This document shows positions 11,235-21,901 of a stretch of DNA of 64,000 bases, one piece after another. Under the pieces are notes generated by a model. The model was not told where the DNA came from. It was given only the letters and a program-made list of their open reading frames with translations, and searched no databases. The position numbers were made by a program, and so were the translations under genes. This stretch comes from Oopsacas minuta (Eukaryota; Animalia; Porifera): the NCBI GenBank assembly GCA_024704765.1, contig JAKMXF010000033.1, forward strand, positions 892,847 to 956,846. Direction: 5' to 3'. How positions within the stretch are numbered: position 1 is the stretch's first letter; each line of letters starts with the position of its first letter.

Positions 11235-11261
11235 CCTATTTCCCCATATTGCCACACTGTG
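11235..11261 (-). repeat. Right (5') terminal inverted repeat, short-spacer end
   Basis: Reverse complement CACAGTGTGGCAA-T-ATGGGGAAATAGG. Confidence 0.9.
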
Positions 11262-11266
11262 GGATG

Positions 11267-11353
11267 ATTGCTAATTTATTCCGTTCCAGGAGGTTTGTCC
11301 GTTGTAGAGGGATTGTTCGCATCTCGGAGTGTCCGTTTTGGGAGATTCCACTG
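11267..11353 (-). mobile_element. One end of a pogo-type MITE next to the Transib insertion
   Basis: ...GGAGATTCCACTG|TA (rc TA|CAGTGGAATCTCC); same terminus at ~21603-21617. Confidence 0.55.
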
Positions 11354-11356
11354 TAG

Positions 11357-11715
11357 TATGCAAGAAAAAATATGTACGACGTGTGATACCATGTAACTAT
11401 TGCCACATAGCTTTCAGATGCCTAACCATCTTGAAGAGTATCAGTAAATTCCAATAAGATGTGAACTAGGATGTGCTATAGCTTACTATACACAAGGCCT
11501 CACAGTAACTTGGTCGCCGATTCCTGCAATAAAGATGCTACTTATAAAAGTGTTGAATCGGTGAATACATCCCTGGTCCTAAATTACAAGCTCTGTGAGA
11601 CCATATGTATAGTTGGCTATGGATGTGCCATACGTGTGTCTCGAGGACATGGAGCGACACCTTGAGAAGAAGGTAGAGTTGTCCGTTCATAAAGTACAAG
11701 TGTAGAGTAGGACTG
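11357..11715 (+). pseudogene. TRAF-like copy 3, 3' fragment
   Basis: RVIPCNYC, and GGATGTG..ATA....GTGTCTCGAGGACAT...CGACACCT..GAGAAGAAGGTAGAG.TGTCCGTTCATAAAGTACAAGTGT..AGTAGGACT, closely similar to copy 2 nt ~6325-6432, with frameshifts. Confidence 0.8.
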
Positions 11716-12194
11716 TTGTATGCTATTTCTATCACCATGTTATTCCAACTGTAATATTTACTAGCTAGAAATCAGTAGAATGCTATCACTGGTATAACAT
11801 ATTTTAAGTCACACAACACATTTTGTATAATAACTAATAGATTAGTGTTAAAACTGTGTTCAAAAAATATAATTGTTTGAAGTTAGCAGAGCAACAACTT
11901 CACACTTAACCACAAAATAATTATATTAATAATAATATATTAATCACTTCATTTGATATCACAATTTGGTTTGATATTCGAGATAACAAATTACAAAGAT
12001 CTTAAATACTAGATTGGTGCCATATACGTATGTAACCAATTACTCTCATCTCTAGGAAGTTCTCACAATGTCATAAGTACAGTTATTAAATAGTGGAGAC
12101 ACCATTAGAGGCCCAGGCTCATGACCATCACTATGACTAGTGACCACTGTTCACAGTGTTCGTAACATTAAGTAAGAAGCGAACATCAATACCC

Positions 12195-12260
12195 TAAAGC
12201 CCACCAGACACGATGCAACTTTGTTGTATGCAACAGTTGCATCGTGCATGGCGGGCTTTA
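12195..12260. repeat. 66-bp hairpin / mini-MITE
   Basis: TAAAGCCCACCAGACACGATGCAACT vs rc TAAAGCCCGCCATGCACGATGCAACT (23/26), 14-nt loop, TA at both ends. Confidence 0.75.
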
Positions 12261-12487
12261 AATCTTAGATAATGTATCTAAATTCCAACTCGGAGGCCAC
12301 TCAATGGGTCAGATTGATCACCAATGGTGACCCCCTACTTAACAGCTGTACTTATGATTTCGCGAGAATTTCCCATAGAAGATAGTAAATAGCTATATGG
12401 CATCAATCGAGTTTTTGTAATTTGTTATCGAGCAATATCAGACAACAGGTTAACATTAAAATATGCCTATAGTTATCACAGAAATTA

Positions 12488-13330
12488 TTAGTTATGTTTA
12501 GACTTTTTAACAAACTTATCAAAATGGAAGTCATCACTCGACTTATCTTGTCTATGTCTTTTCTTTTCTACATCCTTACCTAGCACTACTTCTTGTATGT
12601 CAGGGAGGACTGTACTTCTGTTCTTTTCTCTACTCCCCCCCTCTCCCATCTGCTGATGCTCACTGAAGTTGGTTGCTAGGTTAGTTGGAATGAGAGAACT
12701 CTCTCCCTCCTCTTGTCTCAGCTGTTCTCTAACCAGCTGACGTACTGCTTCCTCTGTAGCTTGAATATTCCTGAACTTCTCATCCACACCCAAATCATAC
12801 TCAGGTATACCAGACAGAATCTGGTTAGACAGCATTTCTTCAGAGCTTAACTTCTTACCAGATTGTAAACTCTCTGGTATAACATATAGCTCCTTCAGTT
12901 TATTCTCATAAGTGCTGCTAGTCTCTATAGGTGCATCGCACTTGTCTGAACTCCCAAACCGCTTGGACATCTCCTTGTCAATGTAATTGAGCATATTTAT
13001 GTCTTCATCTCTCTGTTTAGTCTCAGCAGCAAAGTCACTTGACATTTTCTTGCTGATATTATCTCCTTCTATGAAATCACTCGTAAGATCACTAAGCTCT
13101 ACCAGTCCCCCAGAGGAGAGCTTTAAGGTATCGCTTGGACCATTCTGCTGGAGAGGAACATTCACCTCTCCGAATGCTAGAGCTGTAGCATTGATTCCCT
13201 GAGGTCTGCTCCTGAGAGATTGCAACTTTCTACTCTCTTCTAGCTTACGATGAATATTCGAGATATCTTCTCCATCATCTACTGTATTGTCAGTCTTTCT
13301 GATGTTCTTAGGACGAGTTCTCCTTTTCAT
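12488..13330 (-). CDS. C9orf78: Splicing factor C9orf78 / HCA59 / Tls1 homolog
   Basis: F.AET..RDED..M..YI..E..KR, EEMLSNQILSGIPEYDLG.D.K..NI..TE.A, DD.H.DKF.K. Confidence 0.9.
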   Translation of the reverse strand: MKRRTRPKNIRKTDNTVDDGEDISNIHRKLEESRKLQSLRSRPQGINATALAFGEVNVPLQQNGPSDTLKLSSGGLVELSDLTSDFIEGDNISKKMSSDFAAETKQRDEDINMLNYIDKEMSKRFGSSDKCDAPIETSSTYENKLKELYVIPESLQSGKKLSSEEMLSNQILSGIPEYDLGVDEKFRNIQATEEAVRQLVREQLRQEEGESSLIPTNLATNFSEHQQMGEGGSREKNRSTVLPDIQEVVLGKDVEKKRHRQDKSSDDFHFDKFVKKSKHN

Positions 13331-13509
13331 TTTACCTCATTATTGCAATTCAACAAAGGAATTATCGAATTAATTAAGTCACTGAGAATACAAATACAAA
13401 AGTAAACTATTGCTACCAGGATAAATTAAAACACGTAACCATTTGAATAAAAAGATAGAATTGACGGAAATAGATCAAAACAGGCATAAGTCCACCTCAA
13501 GTACTGAGG

Positions 13510-14410
13510 TTCTTGTGTGACATAAAAGAACTCGAGGAGAGCATTGACCTTCTAGGAGAGATTACACAACACGTGATTAGTAGTAATCCATAACTACATA
13601 GCATTCCAACAGCCCTTTGTTGCTATTGGGAAAGAAGGATCAGCTCCTAGCGAGTTTAAAGGGCCTTGAGCAAGAGGTGTCAAAATTGAGCCAGAATCTG
13701 TACACATTTAAGTGGCAGAAAGGTACAACCGTGGTATCTAAATGTTTTCTCAGACCGGAGACCAGCTCAACCAATTTGGTGATCAACACTTGAAGGAGCC
13801 ATGGGTATTCTAATACATGAGGATAGCATTATGTTATGGACACAATCATAAGATATCACGCTATCCTCCTATTTAAGCTACCAGACCTAACAATGATAAA
13901 GCGAGTAGGTGAGGAAGGATCTGGTAGTAAAGAGTTCAATCATCCTAGACAAACCCGACATCTCTCCTAATCAACACATCTATGTGTCAGATGATAATAA
14001 CAGCAGAGACTCTAAATCCTGACAACTAATTTGGAATTCAAAGACTCGCTACGACACCAAACTATGACCGAACCTGTTGATGTAAAATTCTCAAACAATG
14101 AAATGTTTGATGAGCAGAAAAGACAACTCTGTGTATTCACGTGTTACTCTCACAGGCGAGAAATCCCGCTTCTTAGTTACCAGAGGTTATGGAATGTAGT
14201 TGGAGAAGCAATAATTATTCTTCTGTTTAGATGAAAACAATAATATTCTCTGAGCGACTGGTCAGCTGACAAAATTAAAGTATTCTCACAAGAAAGAGAC
14301 CTCCCATACATGATAGGACAGAGAGGACATGAAGCTGGAATGTTTGACTCCCATACGGCATTACAATACAAAACCCATTTGTGTTTCTGAAAACAATAAT
14401 TTCTGTTCAT
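13510..14410 (+). pseudogene. NHL-repeat (beta-propeller) protein pseudogene
   Basis: Frame-broken NHL motifs: FVAIGKEGSAPSEFKGP, FSQTGDQLNQFGDQHLKEPW, VGEEGSGSKEFNHPRQ.DISPNQHIYVSDDNNSR, SDWSADKIKVFSQ...IGQRGHEAGMF. Confidence 0.8.
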
Positions 14411-14463
14411 TTCGAATTAACCATATTATCTTCATAAACTTTAAATTCGCCATTAGCAAGCTA

Positions 14464-16542
14464 CAGTAAACATTGGATTTAACGACATCGGCTTTAACGA
14501 CAAATCGCTTATAACGACTCATTTTGCTTGCCCAGAATCTCGCAGCATTATTCTGCACACACCATACCTCGGGTATAACGACCTGTCAGATAACGACACA
14601 TTGAATTTAGCGACATATTTTCTATGCCTGCTCCATGCAAATCCAATTGGATATTACGACTTTTGGGCTGTCTATACTGTGGACTTAAGAAAAGTGTACT
14701 AGTGAATTATTAAGGTTTTAATAATTGATTTAATTATAAAACAATTATAATCTCCTTTTGAATCAACAGCACCTGACTTCTTACGAAAACGCTTATTAAA
14801 AGCTATTGTACGTACAATGTAATGTTAAAATTTAATCGTCATGGATTCGAGCGGACTTGGCAAAAGGAAGCGCTTTTCTTTTGCTGAAAAATACAAAATT
14901 TTGAAGGAGCTTGATGCAGGAGCTAAGCGACCATTCTTGGAGCAGAAACATGGCATTTCACATGGGACCCTAGCCGGCTTCTTGAAAGATCGGGCGATGA
15001 TTGAAACTTCCATCGCAAGTGCATCAAATCTTGTTTCGAAGAGCACAAAGCTGTCTCGATACCCGGAGATAGACACTGCACTGCTTGAGTGGTTTCGTTG
15101 TTTGAAGAGCACAGCTCCAGATGAGTCAGTCACCGGTCCCTTTCTTCTAGAAAAGTCGATATGCATCGCGGAGAAACTGAAAGTACGAAATGTGCCTGGC
15201 TACCTCGAACCTGTGTTCCTTGATCTGAACGGGATAGATCGTTGGAAGAAGCGCCATAACATCACCAGCCGTCAAATCTCGGGTGAGAGCCAATCAGCAG
15301 ATCACGCTGGTGCTGACAACTGGATATCAACGCAGCTGAAACTGATCAGAGAAGAGTTTGAAGACAGGGATATTTTCAATGGTGATGAGACTGAGCTATT
15401 CTGGAAGATGACACCAGACAGAACTTTGTCTTTCCGAGGAGACTTGTGCAAAGGAGGCAAGCGCTCCAAGGAACGCCTCACTGTATTGGTAGCAGCTAGT
15501 GCGCTTGGGGAGAGGTTTCCGCTACTGGTTATTGGAAAGAGTAAGCGCCCCCACTGTTTCTGAGGCGTCCTGAATCTTCCAGTGGAGTATGATGACAAGT
15601 GAGATTTTTGAGAAATGGCTAAGGAAGTTGAACAATTCTATGAGATTTGACGACAGGAAAATCGCCAAGATTCTTGACAACTTCTCAGGTCATCCGAACC
15701 TTAACTTGTCCCATATCAAGCTTTTCTTTCTCCCACCCAACACAACGTCTATGACTCAGCCCATGGACGCAGGTATAATCAAGAACCTCAAGCACCACTA
15801 CCGCCGGTTTCTTGTTAGGAAGCGTTTATTGGCAGTTGATTCTGAAACGGGGTTTAAGCTTGACTTGCTCCAGGCCTTGGACTGGCTAAAAATGTCCTGG
15901 GATAATGTCACCCCCACAACCATCAAGCATTGCTATCAGCATGTTGGGTTCAAGGATTTACCTGCCACTGAAGAAACCTCAGCACCTGACACATCAATTT
16001 GGAGCAGTGCTGAAGAAGCAGGGCTTGTTTCGGATGGCTTATCATTTGAGGACTTTGTTGCTCTGGATGATGGTGTTGCAATTGGACCTGGTGAAATGGT
16101 CTCTAAATTGACGATATCCTTAATAGTCTGCACCCTCCAAGTGATGACGATGTTGATATCGAAAATGACGACAATGAATATCCCCTCAATATCCATGTTC
16201 CGTCATTCGACACTGTTGTCTCATGCCTTGACACCGTTATGAAGTTCTTGCGCACCCTCCCATGCTCAGAGAAACAGATTCAGTCTGTCAGCGAACTTCA
16301 AAACTTCTTGGCTGAAAGTCAGCTGAGTCGATTGCAGTAGGCCTCAATAACTAGCTTTCCAAGTCAAACTAATCATATTCATGACATTATTATGACGTTA
16401 ATACAACAACATAGTATACTACATCGTATAACACGAATAAATATGGGTGTCATCCGGTATATAATGCATATATAAAGCTTCCTCGGATATAGCGACCTTT
16501 TTTGCCTGCCCAAACAAGTGTCGTTAAATCCAATGTTTACTG
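14464..16542 (+). mobile_element. Tigger/pogo DNA transposon, 2,079 bp, both ends intact
   Basis: Perfect 24-bp TIR CAGTAAACATTGGATTTAACGACA, TA TSDs, several subterminal TAACGAC repeats. Confidence 0.93.
14841..16340 (+). pseudogene. pogo transposase (CENP-B HTH + DDE_1), inactivated
   Basis: HTH, FNGDETELFW, LDNFSGH, QPMDAG; TGA at 15561-15563, frameshift near 15590, second frameshift near 16110, late TAG. Confidence 0.9.
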
Positions 16543-16929
16543 TATATACATTTTGCAAAACACTAATAAATATGATTAAACAGGCCAATCTACGTGTCCA
16601 CTCATCTTGTCGAAAGCCATACTGATGATGATATGATGTGTCAGCTCATTGATCCAAATGTTGTTGAGACAATAATAAATAGTCTGGAATGGAATGTTAT
16701 TCTATAAATATCAGGATTATAGTGTAACTCTCTGTAAACAATTCAATACAAATCCCTCTTATAAATACTATTTTAAATCTTTACATTTCATAATAAAAAG
16801 GGAAAATGAAATTTTAATCAACAATATTCAATGGAAGAAAGTTAATCTAAAGGATACATGTATGTTAAAGATAAAGACTCATGTGATTCTACTTACTGGC
16901 GCTGTGAGAAACGAGATTTATGCAATGGA

Positions 16930-17540
16930 CGTGTAACAACAGGCAGAGTTAGCGGATGAATTAAAAATCCATCTTCCACTCACACTCATTCTTCTGATAC
17001 TGAAGTGAAAAACTATTGGAGAGACATAATTATGATCTACTCCTACTGAGGAACCTACATAATCGAGAATTCTACCAAATATATTTCGATTCCTGCAGCA
17101 GTCAAACTTCCGTCTAAAAACAGTTTGTCTAAAATCGTGCGGCGTAAGAGGAGAGCTCCAGATGATGATTTCTTTGAGCATACTACTAGAGGACAACAAT
17201 TTTGATCTTTAATAACCCAGAATTGGATTTGATTGTGCTCAGCACCCAGGAAAATATTCAAATATTAACCAGGTACCCAAACTGGGTCTGTGATGGTACC
17301 TTCGATTCGGCGCCCATGTAATATCAATTGTATACCATCCATGCTTTGCTTAATGAAACCGTCACTATTCCATTGGTATTTTGAATTTCCAAATCTAAAC
17401 TGAGGTAGTGTATAAGGAAATATTCTCAATTCTTAAGGAGAATTATCCGATGCTCAATCCAGCTACAATAATGTTTGATTTGAAAGAGCTGCATTAAATG
17501 CATTTGCACAGGTTTTTTTCCTAATGCGGAGATTAAAAGA
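16930..17540 (+). pseudogene. Mutator (MULE) transposase remnant
   Basis: LPSKNSLSKIVRRKR, NWVCDGTFDSAP..YQLYTIHA, IPLVF, IMFD.ERAALNAF..VFPNAEIK across stops and frameshifts. Confidence 0.8.
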
Positions 17541-17641
17541 TTGGCTAGCACCCCAATCTATATGTTCTGGGTTGCTATTGGTAGTATTGACTAGTCATTG
17601 GGTTCTGAATGTCACAGACAAATATACGTATTTTTAACAAA

Positions 17642-17760
17642 TCTGTATTATTATAGTGCAATTGTTGTCTGTCTCTTTGTTCGTTGTCAAGGAAAGGATT
17701 TTTAGTATGCTATATTGGAATTGAATTTCGCAATTCTGTATGTATAATTGTATATCCAAT
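17642..17760 (+). mobile_element. 5' fragment of the Helitron-like family
   Basis: A|TCTGTATTATT...TTGTTGTCTGTC..TTCGTTGTCAAGGAAAGGATTT matches 7095 and 29101 copies. Confidence 0.55.
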
Positions 17761-18033
17761 GACGCGGCTATGAAGTGGCCTGTGGTCCTTGGCCTCCAAA
17801 ATTTAATGGATTAACTTTGAAAAATAATACCTACTAGCACAGTTTGTCTGTCAATTTAGTAATCACCCAAAGAGTGTGAAAATTCAATTCATACCCGAGG
17901 TGCAAATAATCTCCGACCAAAAATGCATATGTGTAAATGTGGTCCCAGCTATTCCTATTAGAATTAACCTGTGTATAATTGCCAATGAACCAAAGCAATA
18001 CATTTGTAAGAGTAAAATAAATATAAATATCCA

Positions 18034-19659
18034 TTACTCTAAATGATATCGTTGATAGAACTCTACAAATGGGCGACACTCAACAAAATGTGACATTACA
18101 TACTGCACGCTTACGGCATCAAGTGTATCAGGCTCCCAGTCAAGTCTGGTATTAATCTTATCTACCAACACACCCTTAACACCTACAAACACATCTCTGT
18201 TATTAAAATGGTTCACACAGAGATTACTCTCCATTCTTAGACATTCTTGTAAGGTCAGTTTAGCACCTAAGCTCAGGGCTCTGTGTGTTACCTTTAAGGC
18301 GGTAGGAGACATCTTGAGTAGTCTAGATTTAGTGTTCTTACTCCAGTCATCATCAAACTCACCCAGTTTATGTATCATATCTTCAATAGTAGGAGAGCTG
18401 AACACATAATCTATTTTAACCATATGACTATTAAAGCTTAGAGATTGTTTGTCAGATAAACATAATTGATGAACTACACTTTCCACTTCTTCACTGCTAC
18501 CAATTGAACTAAGCTTATCTTCTAACAACTCAATATTCTTATTGGGAATAAAATGAGTAGCTAAACCAGCAGCTAGCACATCTCTGCCTTTGAGTCTAGC
18601 TCCTGTAAGGCCTAGATACATGCCTAGATATCCAGGAAGTCTAGGAAGATAGAAAGTAGCTCCTACGTCAGGGAAGAACCCGATAGCTGTCTCAGGAAGA
18701 GAACACACTGTGGTATCAGATGTAATGCGGTATTCAGATTGATACGCTATGCCTATCCCACCTCCCATTGTTATACCGGACCAGAAAGAGATACAGGAGG
18801 TACGTAGTAGAGATAAGAGATGAACTAAATGAATTTGTTTGGATGAATTGACTCAAATATAGTAAAGTGAAACTTGCATAAACTAACACTTCTATAATCC
18901 GGCTGAGTTTATGATCTGAAATAGCTTCCGACAACACAAATTCATCTACATAATCCGACAATTACTAACAGCAAATTTTCAGTCCCAACGAGTGTCGGTT
19001 TATGCAGATTCCACTATATGAATAAGCACGTCACTCAATGAAATGAGAGTGAAGATTATTAACTAATCATTTTCTTTGTCAAAGTCTTGCTATAAATGTC
19101 CACAAAATGGTTAATTCCTTTATATCAGCGGTTCCCGACTTTTTCACCCATGGACTCCCAATACCAAATTTACACATTTTTTGGACCCCTATCATAGATA
19201 ATGCAATAAGACATTTCGAGATCCTATGGACTACCAATGCAATGGGTTCATGTAGACTTAACACAAACGTACAAATCTACGTAATCATTAACTAATGTTA
19301 CCTAAAGCATACTCCTTTGATATGTGCAATAAAGGCATGTTAGTTTCTAATATTCCTTCTTCTAATAATGCCTTCATATCCCCTCCTGCACAAAACACAT
19401 CTCTCTCTCTACCTCTAATTAGTATACACTTTATGGTAGGGTCTCTCTCCCATTCAATTAATTGAGGAATTATAATGTCAAACATTTCTATATTTAGTGC
19501 ATTCATTAGCTTAGGTCTGTATATGCTTAATATCCCACAAGATCCGATCTGTACTCTTGAAACAACTGGGATAGTATTGTTTGTATTGTGGGGCTCTGAT
19601 GTCATTAGTCTGATGTATGGGGTTAAAGATGAGACGCATCGTCTTAAACGAATTAACAT
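18034..19659 (-). CDS. HIBCH: 3-hydroxyisobutyryl-CoA hydrolase, two exons (19659-19302, 18824-18034)
   Basis: RPKLMNALN, FCAGGD, GITMGGG.G, PETAIGFFPDVG; GT..AG intron 19301-18825 (477 bp) joins ...EYAL-V-HLL... in frame; Arg-rich mitochondrial-type presequence. Confidence 0.9.
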
Positions 19660-20677
19660 TATTCCTAGCCAAATATTAAGTGTTGATATACTGATTTATG
19701 AGTAAATCATAGCATTTATTCTTATACGAAAGTATATATTACTTAATTTAACATCGAGGATCCAACCCTCAAGGGAATGAAAATTCAGTTAATTAATTCA
19801 ATTCCGAGACAAACTCACTTACATACAACCTTCAAGATCGTTATACACTTATACTCAATTGAAATTAAAATCAACAGCAAAAAATAACAATTCATGGCAA
19901 AAACTGCTTAAAGTTTAATTCACAACATGGTTACATGATTATTCAATTGGAATTTTAAGAATTTTTGAAATTGGAACTATAGATGAATTATTTCCATCGA
20001 AATTAACCTGTGTTTGAGCCTAAGATCTGATAGGGCAGAATTTCTCAATTGGTAAACCCTCACTCAAATCTGATAGGTCAATTCATTTGACACCTAGCTC
20101 AGAGAGTTTATGAGATATCGCTAAAGAAATAGAAAATCAAGCTAGATTAATCACAATCTATACACATGCCAATTTCAAGTTTGTAGCTCTTACCAATTCT
20201 TCAATCAACTTGAATAAAAACCATAAAAAAACCCGTCGAGATTTAATATATACGATAAGATAGCTACACAAATAACAATATTCAACCATATTGACTGATG
20301 ATAATGGCACTCGACATCGAGACAAGCAAAATAACCTGAAAGAAAATAATTTTAAAATTGCACTAAATAATATGATTAAGAAAGCAAAATGCAATAAGGT
20401 TATTATATTTAAATAGAATTATGCAGAAATAAGCGAGTGCAATGGGGCAAAAAACCACGATTTCGTCTGTATATTCATTATATCTATGATCTATGAGGTT
20501 TAGCATGTATAATTATCAAGACCTTGATAAATACATTCAAGAGTTATTAGAACTATTTCATGACATCCTTAAGTTTCATAGGAAACATAAACTAATTTCT
20601 TATTACAACTAAGAGGTAAACTAAATGTCTAGTAATACTACGCTAATGGAAATAAGTAACCTATCAAACTATTCAGT

Positions 20678-21172
20678 CTATAATTGTCCACAATCAGCGA
20701 TCAACACAGGTTTAGAAGTTTTTCCAGACTCACTTCCAACTTTCTCCATCTTCTTTAAGACTTCAAGCCCATCGATAACGTTCCCAAAGACAACATGTTT
20801 TCCATTCAACCAGCTAGTCTTATCGAGGGTTAGGAAGAACTGAGATCCGTTTGTGTTGACACCTGAGTTAGCCATGCTTAAGTCTCCAGCACCTAAATGT
20901 TTGAGAGTGAAGTTTTCATCCTTGAACTTCTCACCATAAATACTTTTCCCACCAGTTCCATCTCCATTAGTAAAATCACCTCCCTGACACATGAAATTGG
21001 GTATGATACGATGGAACTTTGATCCTTTGTAGCCAAATCCTTTCTCTCCTGTGCATAGAGCACGAAAATTCTCAGCTGTTTTTGGTACTACATCATCTCG
21101 TAATAGTATGGTGATCCTTTCAGCTTTTAGGCCACCAATTGCTATGTCCATGAAGCATTTTATACTGCCCAT
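20678..21172 (-). CDS. PPIA: Cyclophilin A-type peptidyl-prolyl isomerase
   Basis: [38 protein letters not shown]...[33 protein letters not shown]. Confidence 0.95.
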   Translation of the reverse strand: MGSIKCFMDIAIGGLKAERITILLRDDVVPKTAENFRALCTGEKGFGYKGSKFHRIIPNFMCQGGDFTNGDGTGGKSIYGEKFKDENFTLKHLGAGDLSMANSGVNTNGSQFFLTLDKTSWLNGKHVVFGNVIDGLEVLKKMEKVGSESGKTSKPVLIADCGQL

Positions 21173-21265
21173 TACAACGCTAACAATATTGAAAATCTAT
21201 AAATACATAGGAGGCGCTGCATAAAGTCAAACTATGGTGTTGGCATTAGGTCGAATTTATAATGT

Positions 21266-21559
21266 ATGCATTAGGTCGAATTTTGATGTTGTCGATAGAT
21301 CGATATAGGAAAAATGGGTTTATAGAAACGAGGGCGTAATAGGACTTTTTATTGTATTAATTATAAACCGATACCATTGGGTGGGAAAGTTTGCAATATG
21401 GCGGGTCGTTGGGTTTTGGTTTTAAAACGTTTGTGCAGTTTTTTAGAAATTTAAGGAAGCATTCAGTGTTTATAAAATAAGAAATGGCCTTAAAAAAGAG
21501 ATATTTATAGCTAAAATAATTTTGATCTAACGACAACATCAAAATTCGACCTAATGCAT
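21266..21559. mobile_element. MITE-like element just upstream of PPIA
   Basis: 36-bp inverted arms ATGCATTAGGTCGAATTTTGATGTTGTCG(A/T)TAGATC at 21266-21301 and 21524-21559 (35/36). Confidence 0.7.
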
Positions 21560-21901
21560 GCGCCCCAATACATATTATTAATTAAGACAGGTATCGGATT
21601 ACGGAGATTCCACTGTAATATGAAATATCGATTTGGATTTGAATTGGCGAATGTATATGTATAACGGTTTGTGGTTACTAAGAAATGTATAATAATTGAA
21701 GTATACAACCTTGGGTGCCTCGGTTAAGGGAGATACCAAGTGCCTGGATCTTCGGGATCTCAGAGTTTCAACTTTATAATTGATAGATATGAAAGTATAA
21801 ACATTTAGAAGTAATATTGAAGTGTACGTAATTGATATATCCACTATATTCATCTATGACTATTATCAAGTGATTAGTGCATGTATCTGCTTGTATATCG
21901 T

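Larger units (their letters stand above)
8150..11261 (-). mobile_element. Complete RAG1-like/Transib DNA transposon, 3,112 bp
   Basis: GGATG|CACAGTGTGGCAA...TTGCCACACTGTG|GGATG: 5-bp TSD (8145-8149, 11262-11266), TIRs starting with CACAGTG, single intact transposase ORF inside. Confidence 0.95.

Noticed and set aside
11221-11254. Canonical RSS nonamer (ACAAAAACC) at 12 or 23 bp from the heptamer
   Set aside because: The right end has an A-tract (TTAAAAAAC) about 26 nt in, but the left end has no counterpart; neither matches the nonamer at 12/23.
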